49,904 nucleotides of DNA from Candidatus Scatosoma pullistercoris (GCA_018714725.1 DVMZ01000172.1:1-49904); one strand, 5' to 3'. Numbered from the stretch's first letter, positions 32,842 to 43,100 are shown. Translations and numbers: made by a program. Notes: a model not told the origin generated them from the letters alone.

Positions 32842-33346
32842 TTTTCCCCTCTTTTCCCGCGTCTTTTGCCCGGCCGCGGCGCGCCTCCCCTTCCCGCTCC
32901 TTCATCATGTCTTTGAGTTCCGCGAGGAAAGAAGAGATATCCTTGAACGAGCGATAGACGGAAGCGTACCGCACATAGGCCACCTCATCCACCTTTTTCA
33001 GCCGTTCCATCACCATTTCCCCGATCTGTTTGGAAGTGATTTCGCTCTCCATACTGTTGTACACCTGCTTGGAGATGTCGGCCACCATGCCGTCGATCAC
33101 CGCCATGGGCACCGGCCGCTTTTCGCAGGACTTGATGATGCCGTTGCGTACCTTCTCGGCATTGAACGCCTGCCGGGTACCGTTGTTCTTCACCACGAGC
33201 ACGGGCGTCACTTCGATCGTCTCGTAAGTCGTGAAGCGCCTGCCGCACCCCACGCACTCCCTGCGCCGGCGGATGGTTCTGTCATCGTCCGCCGAACGGG
33301 AATCGATCACTTTGCTCTCCGTGCAATCACAATACAAACACTTCAT
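32834..33346 (-). CDS. nrdR: Transcriptional repressor NrdR
   Basis: ATG at codon 63 of the track ORF after GGAGGAGAGAGG. MKCLYCDCTESKVIDSRSADDDRTIRRRRECVGCGRRFTTYE zinc ribbon plus ATP-cone. Short Lys/Glu/Arg-rich C-terminal extension. Confidence 0.93.
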   Translation of the reverse strand: MKCLYCDCTESKVIDSRSADDDRTIRRRRECVGCGRRFTTYETIEVTPVLVVKNNGTRQAFNAEKVRNGIIKSCEKRPVPMAVIDGMVADISKQVYNSMESEITSKQIGEMVMERLKKVDEVAYVRYASVYRSFKDISSFLAELKDMMKEREGEARRGRAKDAGKEGKNE

Positions 33347-33461
33347 TTCCTCTCTCCTCCGTCCGTTATTTTTTTGTCGCTCCGCGCCCGTGCGGCTTTT
33401 CCGGCTTCTCCGGCTATTCCGCTTCTTCAGGCGTTTTTTCGCTGTTTCCTCGGCTTTGTTT

Positions 33462-34769
33462 TCAGCGTTTCTTGCCCTTCCGGACCCGGATCTCCCGCAC
33501 GGTGTTTTCGTACCCTTTGTCGCCCGGCACATAATACACCCGGTCTTTCAGCGAATCGGGCAGATACTGCTGTTCGACGTATCCGCCGTAATCGTGCGGA
33601 TATTTATAATCGGCGCTTTTGGCTTTGTCCTCCTGGCTGCCGAACGAATTGTCTTTGAGATAGGGCGGAATGTTGTCGTCGCGGACGCGGGAAGCGTCCT
33701 CTTTTGCCGCAAACATCGCGGTCTTGACCGAACAGCTCTTTTCCGCTTCACAGACGTATACGATCGCTTCGGACAGCGGCAGCAGTCCTTCGGGCGCCCC
33801 GATCTTTTCCAGCGCATACATCGCCGACGTCGCCACCTGCAGGGCCTGCGGGTCCGCCATGCCGACGTCCTCCGCCGAATGCACCACCAGCCGCCTCGCC
33901 ACGATCATGGGGTCGCATCCTCCCTCGATCAGCCGCATCGCATAATAGAGCGCCGCGTTCGCGTCGCTGCCGCGGAGGGATTTGCAGAACGCCGACAGAA
34001 AATCGTAATAGGAATCCTCGTTATAGCTGAGCGCTTTGCGCTGAATGGACTGCTCGGCGTCGGCCAGCGTGATGTGCACCTTTCCTTCCCCGTCGGGCGG
34101 GGTCGTGATCGCCGCCAGTTCCAGCGCGTTGTACGCCGAACGGAGATCCCCGCCCGCCATGCGGGCGATGTGCCCGATGGCGTCCGCGTCCGCCTCCACG
34201 TTCATTTTGCCCAGGCCCTTGTGGCGATTTCTGAGCGCCGCATACAGCGCCCCCGAAATGTCCTCTTCGGACAGTCTTCTGAACTCGAACACCCGGCACC
34301 TCGACACGATGGCCGGCGTCATCGAGGCATACGGATTCTCCGTCGTGGAGCCGATGAAAATAATCGTACCCTGCTCGATGGCGGGCAGCAGCGAATCGCT
34401 CTGCGTCTTGTTGAAGCGATGGCACTCGTCCAGCATGAGATAGGTGCGCTTGCCGTACAGTTTCAGGTTGTCCCGCGCCTGATCCACCGCTTTTTTGACG
34501 TCCGCCACCCCCGAATTGACGGCGTTCAGCTTGATGAACTCCCCGTCGGTGCCGAGCGCGATGATGTTCGCCAGCGTCGTTTTCCCGCACCCGGGCGGCC
34601 CCCAGAAAATACAGCTGCCCAGCCGGTCGGAAGCAATTGCCCGCCTGAGCAGGGAATTTTCCGAAACGATGTGCTTCTGACCGATGAATTCGTTCAGGGA
34701 ATTGGCGCGCATCCGCTCGGCCAACGGTTTCGCCGTCTGTTCGTTGTCGTTGAAATCAAATAAATCCAT
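33462..34769 (-). CDS. rarA: Replication-associated recombination protein A (AAA+ ATPase)
   Basis: 435 aa. Walker A GPPGCGKTT, LMLDECHRFNK, MgsA C-terminal region. Confidence 0.92.
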   Translation of the reverse strand: MDLFDFNDNEQTAKPLAERMRANSLNEFIGQKHIVSENSLLRRAIASDRLGSCIFWGPPGCGKTTLANIIALGTDGEFIKLNAVNSGVADVKKAVDQARDNLKLYGKRTYLMLDECHRFNKTQSDSLLPAIEQGTIIFIGSTTENPYASMTPAIVSRCRVFEFRRLSEEDISGALYAALRNRHKGLGKMNVEADADAIGHIARMAGGDLRSAYNALELAAITTPPDGEGKVHITLADAEQSIQRKALSYNEDSYYDFLSAFCKSLRGSDANAALYYAMRLIEGGCDPMIVARRLVVHSAEDVGMADPQALQVATSAMYALEKIGAPEGLLPLSEAIVYVCEAEKSCSVKTAMFAAKEDASRVRDDNIPPYLKDNSFGSQEDKAKSADYKYPHDYGGYVEQQYLPDSLKDRVYYVPGDKGYENTVREIRVRKGKKR

Positions 34770-34784
34770 AATGCAATTTTTTTT

Positions 34785-34817
34785 CGTAATTTTCCCGTAA
34801 CTTTCCGTAACTTTTCC
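34785..34817 (-). repeat. Three imperfect tandem 10-12-nt repeats (minus strand GGAAAAGTTACG / GAAAGTTACG / GGAAAATTACG) directly upstream of rarA
   Basis: Plus strand CGTAATTTTCC (34785-34795), CGTAACTTTC (34796-34805), CGTAACTTTTCC (34806-34817). Anchored on the rarA ATG at 34769. Confidence 0.8.
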
Positions 34818-34908
34818 GCTCGCCGCCAGAGCGCTCCGTTCCCGGTCGCCCGAGCGCTGCGCGCCGGCGTTTGATCAGCCCTTCCCCGCCGCAGCGCGGA
34901 ACGCCCGC

Positions 34909-35811
34909 TCAGCCTTCCTTCTTCCCGCCGCAGACAAGCGCCCGGATCTCCTCCGCGTGTTCTTCGCCCAGCCGGTAACCGCTGTCATACGCCTCCTGAA
35001 AACGCCGGAAGGTGTACTCGCTCATATCCCCGAGATCGGGTTCCAGCCAGAGATCGGTAAAGCGCCGGTTTTCCTTGCGGCGGCGGTCGGTGAGATGATT
35101 GTCCATAACGCCGAGCACTTCGATGAGCATACGGAACGCGCTGGCGCTCTTTCTGCCGCTGGAACGGCGGCCGAGCACGTCCACCGCCACGATTTTATTC
35201 GCGCCCATCTCCTTGAGCTGACGCACGGGCACACGTTCGAGTACGCCGCCGTCCACCAGCCGCCTTTCTCCGTCGTCCACCGGTTTGAAAACGGCGGGGA
35301 TACACGCGGAAGCCATCACCGCGTCCGCCACGCTGCCCTCGGAAAAAGTGACCACCGATTGCGTGATCATGTCCACCGCCGCACAGCGGAAGGGAATTTT
35401 CAACTGATCAAACGTCACGTCCCCGAGATATTTTCCGAGTACTTTACGCATTTTTCGGGTATCGAACAGTCCGCCCGGCCGCATCGTGATATCGACGAGA
35501 TCGAGCGGTTTGAGCTTACACACCGCTTCCAGCATTTCCTTGGGCGTCATGCCCGAAGCGTACGCGCCGCCGACGACCGCGCCCATCGAACACCCCGTCA
35601 GACAATCGGGCTTTATCCCCGCGTCCTCCATCGCCTGCAAAAATCCGATGTGCGCGACCCCCCGGCTGCCGCCGCAGCCCAAGGCAAACCCCAGTTTCTT
35701 CTTTTTCGGCGCTTTTTCTGTCTTTACGATTTTTTCCGATTTTTCCGTTTTTACAACTTCTTCCTCTTTTGCCTCGTTTTCCGCATTTTTCGTTCTTTTC
35801 GTTTTCGCCAT
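34909..35811 (-). CDS. Patatin-like phospholipase (YlbK-like) with Lys/Glu-rich N-terminal extension
   Basis: ATG at codon 39 of the track ORF after GGGAGGCGGAAGG. Patatin motifs GCGGSRGVAHIG and GCSMGAVVG, plus a DGG region. Confidence 0.85.
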   Translation of the reverse strand: MAKTKRTKNAENEAKEEEVVKTEKSEKIVKTEKAPKKKKLGFALGCGGSRGVAHIGFLQAMEDAGIKPDCLTGCSMGAVVGGAYASGMTPKEMLEAVCKLKPLDLVDITMRPGGLFDTRKMRKVLGKYLGDVTFDQLKIPFRCAAVDMITQSVVTFSEGSVADAVMASACIPAVFKPVDDGERRLVDGGVLERVPVRQLKEMGANKIVAVDVLGRRSSGRKSASAFRMLIEVLGVMDNHLTDRRRKENRRFTDLWLEPDLGDMSEYTFRRFQEAYDSGYRLGEEHAEEIRALVCGGKKEG

Positions 35812-35967
35812 CCTTCCGCCTCCCAGCATTTTTCTTTTTTCATTTTCCCTTCGCCGCTTTGTCCGGCGAAATCTTTCCCGGTTCTCTCCGTCCGGAATTT
35901 CCTCTCCCCTGTTTTCCTTATTCACGGCTTCATATTTTCATCCGGGCGCACATAAGGATAAACCGTG

Positions 35968-37068
35968 ATGAAAAATTCTTCTGCTTCTCCCGTTTCCTCT
36001 GCTTCTCCTGCTCCTTCCCGCGCCCCGTGTTCTTCCCGCACCGCTCCGGCTTCCGCCGAAGCCCGGTCAGCGCCTGTCCCCGTGCGGCGCACGCGTCAAA
36101 AGCGCCGGATCTCGTTCTTCCGGGGCGCGCTCACCGCAACCCTGCTCCTCTTTGCTTTTCTTTTCGCGCTGTTTCCGGAACGGTATGTCCCCGTCTGTCT
36201 GGACGGAATCCGGCTTTGGGCGCTGAACGTGCTGCCCGCCGTCTTTCCCTTTCTCTTCGTCGTTTCCCTTTTGCAGATTACGGGCGGCGCGGAAAAAGTG
36301 TCCCGCGCGCTTCTCCCGGTCTCCCGCGCGCTGTTCGGCACGGGCGGCGCCGGAGGTTTCTGCTTTTTCATGAGCATTCTTTCCGGATACCCCGTCGGCG
36401 CAACCCTGGTGGCCGGATTTTATAAAGACGGCCGGCTTTCCGACCGGGAAGCGAAAATTCTCGCCTGCGCCTGTTCCACGTCCGGACCGTTGTTTATCGT
36501 CGGGAGCGTGGGCGCGGGAATGTTCTCGGACAAACGGACGGGATTTCTCATTCTCGCCGCGCACCTCCTTGCCGTCCTCTTTTCGGGCGTGCTCCTCCGA
36601 TTGCTCTCCTGCCGGCGCGGAAAGCGACAATTGCGCGGCGTTTCCGTTCCGCATTCCTCGCAAGCGCTCACTCTTTCGGACGGCATCCGGAATTCCGCAA
36701 TCACCGCAATCGGCGTCGGCGGCTGTATCGCATTCTTCTATGTACTGGCCGCCATGGCCTACGATTTTCGTCTGCTCCTGCCCCTGCAACGGGCGATTTC
36801 CCGTATCCCGGCGCTGGCGCCGTATGCGGACGGACTGAGCAGAGGCCTTATCGAAATGACCGGCGGCTGCCTTTCTGCGGCAAGCATTTCCTCGCCGCTT
36901 TCCGCCCCCTGCTGCGCCTTTCTCGTCACGCTCGGCGGCGCCAGTATCCTCTTCCAGCAGATCGCCTGTCTGCGTTCGGCAAACGTCCGGATTCCCTTTT
37001 TTCTCGCCGTCAAGCTCTTCCAGTCCGCCGTCGCCTTTTTGCTCTGCCTGCTGTTCGTCTCCCTCTGA
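35968..37068 (+). CDS. ylbJ: Sporulation integral membrane protein YlbJ (nucleoside-recognition/Gate-domain family)
   Basis: ATG 9 nt after AAGGA (the track start 35965 is a GTG). Polytopic. ...SILSGYPVGA...CSTSGPLFIVGSVG... is the YlbJ-like pattern. Confidence 0.8.
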   Translation: MKNSSASPVSSASPAPSRAPCSSRTAPASAEARSAPVPVRRTRQKRRISFFRGALTATLLLFAFLFALFPERYVPVCLDGIRLWALNVLPAVFPFLFVVSLLQITGGAEKVSRALLPVSRALFGTGGAGGFCFFMSILSGYPVGATLVAGFYKDGRLSDREAKILACACSTSGPLFIVGSVGAGMFSDKRTGFLILAAHLLAVLFSGVLLRLLSCRRGKRQLRGVSVPHSSQALTLSDGIRNSAITAIGVGGCIAFFYVLAAMAYDFRLLLPLQRAISRIPALAPYADGLSRGLIEMTGGCLSAASISSPLSAPCCAFLVTLGGASILFQQIACLRSANVRIPFFLAVKLFQSAVAFLLCLLFVSL

Positions 37069-37142
37069 CGCCGGAAAAACTTCCCCTTCGCGGACTCGTC
37101 TGACAGCCATAAGAACGCGGCCGGAACACTCGGCAAACGGAG

Positions 37143-37991
37143 TTAAGTGCGATTATAAGCGCCGAGGAGCTTGCATTCCAGCGTTTTTTCTTTCATTTCC
37201 CGGAAAAAGGCGTCAAACGCGTCGCTGCCGACATCCGTTTCCGCTTCGATAAAGAAGCGGTAATCTCCCGGCCGGTCCTTGACGGGACGGCTTTCGATCT
37301 TGCTCATATTGACGCCGTGCGCGGCAATGATTTCCAGAAGGGCGAGCAGACTGCCCGGACGGTGCGGACAGACCGCGGAAAAGAAAATCCGGGAGCTGTT
37401 CCGGGGCAGGTGCTTCCTGCCCTTTTTCACCAGCAGAAACTGCGTAAAATTGTTTTTTTCGTCGGAGATGCATTCTTCGCCGATGACAAAGCCTTCGGGC
37501 ACGAACGAAATATGCGCCCCCGCGATCGCCGCGCTGCGGCCGGAGAAATCTTCCGCCGCCCTCGCGACGCCGAACGCCGTGGATTCCGTCTCTTTCAGGG
37601 ACGCAAACGGCATGCGGCTGCTTAAAAAGGACAGGCACTGCCCCAGCGCCTGGCGATGCGAATACACCCGCCCGATCTCCGAATAAGGGGTTCCCTCCCG
37701 GTAAATCAGGCGATGATCGATTTTTAACAGACTTTCCCGAACGGCGTACAATTCCTCGGAAGCCTGCAGAAGATCGAGATTCTGCAAAACCCCGCCTTCC
37801 AGGCTGTTTTCGATGGGTACCGCCGCCGCATCCGCACGGCCCGTTTCCACCGCATGGAACACCTCCGAAAAATTGCGGAAAGGAATACATTCGTCCCGCT
37901 CGTAAGAAGCGCCTTTGTCCTCTGTTTTCAGAAAAGTGTCCGCCGCGAGATGCGAATAACTGTCCTCCGGACCAAGATATGCGATTTTCAT
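37143..37991 (-). CDS. pheA: Prephenate dehydratase with C-terminal ACT domain
   Basis: 282 aa. MKIAYLGPEDSYSHLAA... is the PDT N-terminus. The ...TRF..V... region and ACT-like end are present. Confidence 0.88.
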   Translation of the reverse strand: MKIAYLGPEDSYSHLAADTFLKTEDKGASYERDECIPFRNFSEVFHAVETGRADAAAVPIENSLEGGVLQNLDLLQASEELYAVRESLLKIDHRLIYREGTPYSEIGRVYSHRQALGQCLSFLSSRMPFASLKETESTAFGVARAAEDFSGRSAAIAGAHISFVPEGFVIGEECISDEKNNFTQFLLVKKGRKHLPRNSSRIFFSAVCPHRPGSLLALLEIIAAHGVNMSKIESRPVKDRPGDYRFFIEAETDVGSDAFDAFFREMKEKTLECKLLGAYNRT

Positions 37992-38133
37992 ATGTGCTGT
38001 CTCCTTTTGCTTCGCTTAACGCTCTGTTTTTCTCTCATCTTCCCTCTGCTCTCTGCTTTTTCGTTTTGATTCCCTTTATCTTTCAAGCCCTGCCCGTCCC
38101 GGAAAATTTCCGGAGCGCCAAGACCGGCCGCCC

Positions 38134-39156
38134 TCAGACCATGTCCGCGATTTCGAGAATCAGCCGCTCGGTGTCCTCCCAGCCCAGACAGGGATCGGTG
38201 ATCGACTGGCCGAACACTTCCCCGGAGGGCTGGCTGCCTTCCACGAGAAAGCTCTCGATCATAAACCCTTTGACGATCTTTTTGAAGTCGGGGTCAAAAT
38301 TGCGGTTTTCCATCACTTCTTTGGCGATCCGGATCTGTTGGCGGCATTGTTTGCCGGAGTTGGAATGGTTGCAGTCGATGACCACGGCGGGATTCCGGAG
38401 CTTAGCGCCCGCATACAGTTCCGCCACCCGCATCACCGTCTCGTAATGGAAATTCGGCACGTCCATGCCCGCTCCGTCCACGCCGCCGCGCAGAATGGCA
38501 TGCGCGTAAATATTCCCGCCCGAATGCACCTGATAATTGCGATACTTGAATACCTGGGGGCTCTGTGCGGCAAAAATAGAGTTGATCAGAGCCGGCAGGT
38601 TGCCGCTCATCGGATTCTTCATGCCCACCGCGGTGTCAATGCCGCTGGCCACCAGCCGGTGCAGCTGATTCTCGACGCTCCTCGCCCCCACCGCGTGGTA
38701 ACAGAGCAAATCTTCGACGTACGCCGTATTCTCGGGATAGAGCATTTCGTCCGCCCCCGGAAGTTCCGATTCCCGCATGGCGGCGATGTGCAGCGCGCGG
38801 ATACTGCGGATTCCCCGCACGATGTCCGCCGCTCCGTCCGGATCGGGCTGTATGAACATACCCTTATACCCCACGCCCTTGGTGCGGGGTTTGTTCGTAT
38901 AAATTCTCGGCACCAGCACCAGTTTTTCCTTCACCCGCTCGTTCAGCTTGCCCAGGCGGGAAATGTATTCGAGTACGGGCGCCGATTCGTGCGCCGAACA
39001 GGGCCCCACGATCATCAGCATCTTGTCGCTCCGCCCCGAAATCACCGCGCGCACCTCTTCGTCCCTGTGCCGCTTGACCTCTTTCAGCGATTCCGGCAGC
39101 GGATTTTCCGCCATGAATTCCTCCGGTTCGGGAATGTAATACTGTTTTTCCAACAT
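38134..39156 (-). CDS. 3-deoxy-7-phosphoheptulonate (DAHP) synthase, class I
   Basis: 340 aa. LMIVGPCSAHE, RIYTNKPRT, ILRGG, IDCNHSNSGKQ and SITDPCLGWEDTE parallel E. coli AroG motifs. Confidence 0.92.
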   Translation of the reverse strand: MLEKQYYIPEPEEFMAENPLPESLKEVKRHRDEEVRAVISGRSDKMLMIVGPCSAHESAPVLEYISRLGKLNERVKEKLVLVPRIYTNKPRTKGVGYKGMFIQPDPDGAADIVRGIRSIRALHIAAMRESELPGADEMLYPENTAYVEDLLCYHAVGARSVENQLHRLVASGIDTAVGMKNPMSGNLPALINSIFAAQSPQVFKYRNYQVHSGGNIYAHAILRGGVDGAGMDVPNFHYETVMRVAELYAGAKLRNPAVVIDCNHSNSGKQCRQQIRIAKEVMENRNFDPDFKKIVKGFMIESFLVEGSQPSGEVFGQSITDPCLGWEDTERLILEIADMV

Positions 39157-39309
39157 ATCTGACTCCTCGGTTCCTTTTTTGCCTGCTCTTTCTCTTCTGT
39201 CTTTTTGCCCTTTTGTCCTTTTGGGGTGTTTTCTGTTTTTTCCGGGGCCGCTCCGTCCTTTGCGCCCGCCGCGTTTTTCTTCCCGTTTCCGCCCGGATTG
39301 TTCAGTCGT

Positions 39310-39819
39310 TCAGCGTTTTTTATCTTTCAGCCCGTCGATGTACGCCCGGACTTCCGGCGTCAGGAATGCGTCCGTCGGCGCCGAAAAGCGCAGACAGGCC
39401 CTGGCGGCCGTGGAGGTGACGTGCAGAAGTTCCTGACGGCAGGGCAGATAAACGGGCAAGATGTCCGGATCGAGCTTTGCGGAAGCGAAGAAATCGGCGT
39501 TTTCATACTCGAAATCCACGGCACTGCGCACGCCGCGGACATAAATGCGGGTGTTTTCCTTCCTTAAAAGCTCCGCCGCCGTTCCGCCGAAAGTCATCAC
39601 CCGGATCCGAGGCTCGTCCGGGAACATCCGCCGGAGCATTTCCACCCGTTCTTCCGGAAGAAAACAAGGCCGTTTCCCGGGATTGACCATGACCGCCACG
39701 ACCGCTTCGTCAAAGAGCGCAAGGCAATCTTCGATCATCGCTTTGTGGCCGATCGTCGGCGGGTCGAACGACCCCGCGAACACGCATTTTCTCTTCTGAA
39801 CGCCTGCCTGCATCGCCAT
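39310..39819 (-). CDS. coaD: Phosphopantetheine adenylyltransferase
   Basis: Start at ATG 39819 (or 39813) after GGAAGGAG. CVFAGSFDPPTIGHKAMIE motif. Immediately follows rsmD. Confidence 0.9.
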   Translation of the reverse strand: MAMQAGVQKRKCVFAGSFDPPTIGHKAMIEDCLALFDEAVVAVMVNPGKRPCFLPEERVEMLRRMFPDEPRIRVMTFGGTAAELLRKENTRIYVRGVRSAVDFEYENADFFASAKLDPDILPVYLPCRQELLHVTSTAARACLRFSAPTDAFLTPEVRAYIDGLKDKKR

Positions 39820-39820
39820 T

Positions 39821-40375
39821 TCACTCCTTCCGCGGCGCCATGCGGAAAAATGAAAGCCAGGTTTTCCCGTATTTGCGCTCGTCATATTTTTCCAGCCCGT
39901 CCACCTCTTCGCCGAACGGGCGATCGCGCTCGTACACCGCGACGCCGCCGTCGCCGAGCAGTCCCTTCTCCGCAATCTTTTTCAATGCGGAACTGCCGTA
40001 CCCGAAACGGTACGGCGGATCGAGAAAAATCAGGTCGAACTTTCCCGTCTGCCCGTCCAGACAGACGGAATAGTCCGCCGTATGTATTTTTACGGCTGAT
40101 CCGGGGGAAATTCCGAGAATGCGCAGATTCTTTTCCAGCAATTTCACGCTTTCCCGCGCGGCGTCGTTGAAAACGACCTCTTTCGCGCCGCGGGAAAGGC
40201 ATTCCAGCCCCAGCGCGCCGCTCCCGCAGAAAAGGTCCAGCACCCGCGCCCCGTAAATTTTCAGAGAAAGAATGTTGAACAGCGATTCCTTCACACGGTC
40301 CGCCGTGGGCCGCACCTCTTCGCCGGGAAACTCCGCAAGCACCCTGCTCCTGTATGTACCGCCGATAATGCGCAT
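39821..40375 (-). CDS. rsmD: 16S rRNA (guanine966-N2)-methyltransferase
   Basis: ATG at codon 25 of the track ORF after GGGAG. MRIIGGTYRSRVL...RPTADRVKESLFNIL...LDLFCGSGALGLE...DPPY. Confidence 0.9.
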   Translation of the reverse strand: MRIIGGTYRSRVLAEFPGEEVRPTADRVKESLFNILSLKIYGARVLDLFCGSGALGLECLSRGAKEVVFNDAARESVKLLEKNLRILGISPGSAVKIHTADYSVCLDGQTGKFDLIFLDPPYRFGYGSSALKKIAEKGLLGDGGVAVYERDRPFGEEVDGLEKYDERKYGKTWLSFFRMAPRKE

Positions 40376-40446
40376 ATCCTGCTCCCTGTGTTTCTGATCT
40401 CTCCCCTGCCTGTCCCTTTCCGGGAAAACCGGGAAGCCTGCCGGCA

Positions 40447-41187
40447 TTATTTCTTCTTTCTGGGCTTGGTGCCCGGCAGTCCGCCGTAGTTGATTTTCTT
40501 GGGCTTATTGGCCTCTTCCGCCGCCGCGCGGGCCGCGATCTCCTGCTGGCGGACCGTCTTGTTTCTCCGGCCGTAGGCGCCCGCGATGTACATTCCGCCC
40601 GACACGAGAATCGGGAGCAGCGCCACTGCGCAGCCGACGAAAAAGCTGACCGCGGTGCCCGTGGCGTTGAGCTCGAGCAGGGGCAGAAGCACCCAGCCCG
40701 CAAACAGATAGAAGACCAGGGACAAAAAGGCAAGTCCGCGGCTGAGCCCCGCTTCGGAATCCTTCGCAAACGCCACCAGGGCTTCCTGATTGCAACCGAA
40801 CGCAATGCTGCCGATCACGACCAACACGGCGACAAACCCGCCGATCGCAAACCCCTTCCAGGGGCGGTATTCCTTTTCAAACTTATAGCTGGAAATATTC
40901 AGCTCCCCGCCCGTCTGCATGGCGGAACGGCGTTTCATGTTCCCCGAAACCAGCATTTCGTAGTGCGTTCCGCCGCACACCCACATGAGCAGACCGTTGT
41001 AGGCAATCGCCACCACGCCGCACACAACCGCCCAGGCCATCTGCGCCGCCAGGCTCATGCCCTTGGAATACACCGTCAGCATCACGAGGCTGGCGACGAA
41101 ATACATCAGCCCCGGCGTCAGCGAACGCAGAAAACATTCGCGCACGATTCTCCAGAATACCTTCCATTTTGTCTTGAATCCGGACAT
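40447..41187 (-). CDS. Hypothetical polytopic membrane protein with basic C-terminal tail
   Basis: 246 aa with about six hydrophobic helices. C-terminus ...AAEEANKPKKINYGGLPGTKPRKKK. No family recognised. Confidence 0.6.
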   Translation of the reverse strand: MSGFKTKWKVFWRIVRECFLRSLTPGLMYFVASLVMLTVYSKGMSLAAQMAWAVVCGVVAIAYNGLLMWVCGGTHYEMLVSGNMKRRSAMQTGGELNISSYKFEKEYRPWKGFAIGGFVAVLVVIGSIAFGCNQEALVAFAKDSEAGLSRGLAFLSLVFYLFAGWVLLPLLELNATGTAVSFFVGCAVALLPILVSGGMYIAGAYGRRNKTVRQQEIAARAAAEEANKPKKINYGGLPGTKPRKKK

Positions 41188-41398
41188 ACTATCCTCCGTT
41201 TTTTGATGTTATTTTTTCTTTTGTCCCGTCCGTAACAGGCGTAACAGACGCGACAGCCGTATCGGCTCCGATCGGCCGGGCGTTCCGCTCGTCTCAACCC
41301 TGGTTACTTTTCTCTCGCCCTTGCGTCTCTCCGGCGCCGTCCCGGCCCCGGGCTTCCGGCCGACGGCAGTCGGCTATTTTTCACCTTTCTTTCCGACC

Positions 41399-42046
41399 TC
41401 ATTTGTCCCCGGATTTGCCCCCGGAATCCGAAAATTTCCCGCCGGGAACAAGAATCCGCTTGTCCGAGACGATGAGCGCGGCGCGGCGGTCGAACGGCTC
41501 CTCGGGCACCTCGCGCACGATCTGGAAATCGAAACAGTAAGCCAGCGGAAAAGTTTCGGGATGGGCGGCGAGAAACCTGTCGTAACATCCGCCGCCGTAT
41601 CCCAGCCGCACCCCCCTTTCGTCCACGGCGAGAAGGGGAAGCACCGCCACGTCTATTTTTCCCGAAAACGGCTCGCCGACCGGCTCCCGGATCCCGCGGG
41701 GCGAAAGGGTGAAATCCTCCTTCCACGCGACCGCTTCCATGCTCTCTCCCGCCATGCGGGGACAGTACACCCGTCTGCCTTGAGCCAGCAGGGTTTCGAC
41801 GAGCTTGTCCGTCGGCGCTTCGGAAGAAAAGGAAAGATAAACCAGAAAGCTCTCTTTCCCCGCCGCCTCCGTTCTCAAAAAGTTTTCCAGCAGCAGCGTT
41901 TCCTTCACGTCCCGGTTTTCGTTTTCCCCGCGCCGTTCCTTCATCGTCCGGCGGAGGGAAGCCTTCCTTTCCGCGGCGGAACGCTCTTCCCTCTCCACAA
42001 ACCGGAATGTATCGGCAAATGAAAATTTATCGGTAATCATACGCAA
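41399..42046 (-). CDS. 5-formyltetrahydrofolate cyclo-ligase (start codon uncertain)
   Basis: ...KASLRRTMKERR..., VYCPRM and LLAVDERGVRLGYGGGCYDRFL are typical MTHFS motifs. Overlaps the alr stop by ~20 nt. Confidence 0.82.
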   Translation of the reverse strand: MRMITDKFSFADTFRFVEREERSAAERKASLRRTMKERRGENENRDVKETLLLENFLRTEAAGKESFLVYLSFSSEAPTDKLVETLLAQGRRVYCPRMAGESMEAVAWKEDFTLSPRGIREPVGEPFSGKIDVAVLPLLAVDERGVRLGYGGGCYDRFLAAHPETFPLAYCFDFQIVREVPEEPFDRRAALIVSDKRILVPGGKFSDSGGKSGDK

Positions 42047-43100
42047 ACTCCGCCCTCCGGGTCACCGAACAGAGCACCTCGTAGGAAATGGTCCCGAGCG
42101 CCTCCGCGGTTTTGTCCGCGTCCGTCATGACGGGCGTCATCGCCCCCGGACGGCTGCCGCCCCGGCGCAGACAGGCGTCCATGCACAGCGGTGAGAGATT
42201 TTTTTCCGCGCCCGCCATGCCGTTCTTACGCTTCCGGAAAAATCCGTCCGCATACCCCACCCGCCATACGGTGAGCCGCTCCGGCAGGTTTTCCCGCTCG
42301 TTTTCGGGAGAGCTGTATCCCTGTTCTCCGAAAGAGTATTTCCGGCTCTGCGCCGCCTGCGCATAGACTTTCATGGCCTTTTTCAGACGCGGGCCGACCG
42401 CTTTTATGCCCGTCTCCGCGCCCTCCGCCACGGCCGGGAGATATCCGTACAATCCCAGGCCGATCCGCACCATGTCGAACGCAAATTCCCTTCCGAGCAA
42501 CGCGCCGTAGGTCGCGGAGAGATGACAGCAGACGTCGGGGAAATACCGCCGGCAGATTTCCCGCATCCGGACAAACAGCAGGCGCTGTCTTTCCGATTGT
42601 TCGCGGGAATGGGAACAGAGATGGGAATACAGCCCCTCCGTGCTGACAAGCGGACAACTTCTGAGAAATTTACAGACTTTTCCCAGCACGGACGCGTTCA
42701 TACCGTATCGGTTCATCCCGGTGTTCACCTGCAAATGCGCCCTTGCCGGGCGCCCCAGCCTTCCGGCTTCCCGACAGATAAGTTCCGCCGTTTTCAGATC
42801 GGGCACGGAAGCGATGAATCCGTTGACGATGAGTTCGTCGGCCATGGCTTCGTCCGAGGGGGGCGTCAGCACGAGGACGGGTCTGCCGCAGGCCGCCGTC
42901 CGGATCGCCTTTGCCTCGTCGAGCAGCGCCACCGCGAACATGTCCGCTTCGCCGCTCAGCGCACAGGCCACCGCTTCCGCGCCGTGGCCGTAAGCGTCCG
43001 CCTTCACCACCGCGCAAAGTTTCGTCCCCGTCAGCGCCCGGAACGCCCGCGCGTTGTCCTCAATGGATTTCAGATTGATTTTTGCGATAATTTTCTGCAC
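42027..43100 (-). CDS. alr: Alanine racemase
   Basis: 357 aa. PLP-lysine motif AVVKADAYGHG. Confidence 0.9.
   Translation of the reverse strand: MQKIIAKINLKSIEDNARAFRALTGTKLCAVVKADAYGHGAEAVACALSGEADMFAVALLDEAKAIRTAACGRPVLVLTPPSDEAMADELIVNGFIASVPDLKTAELICREAGRLGRPARAHLQVNTGMNRYGMNASVLGKVCKFLRSCPLVSTEGLYSHLCSHSREQSERQRLLFVRMREICRRYFPDVCCHLSATYGALLGREFAFDMVRIGLGLYGYLPAVAEGAETGIKAVGPRLKKAMKVYAQAAQSRKYSFGEQGYSSPENERENLPERLTVWRVGYADGFFRKRKNGMAGAEKNLSPLCMDACLRRGGSRPGAMTPVMTDADKTAEALGTISYEVLCSVTRRAEFAYDYR

Noticed and set aside
41359-41381. Hairpin GCCGAC-GGCA-GTCGGC followed by TATTTTT, just downstream of the 5-formyl-THF cyclo-ligase gene.
   Set aside because: The U-tract is on the plus strand while all neighbouring genes are on the minus strand. 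On the minus strand the hairpin is preceded, not followed, by the A/U run. It is not the terminator of an annotated gene and at best blocks antisense transcription.
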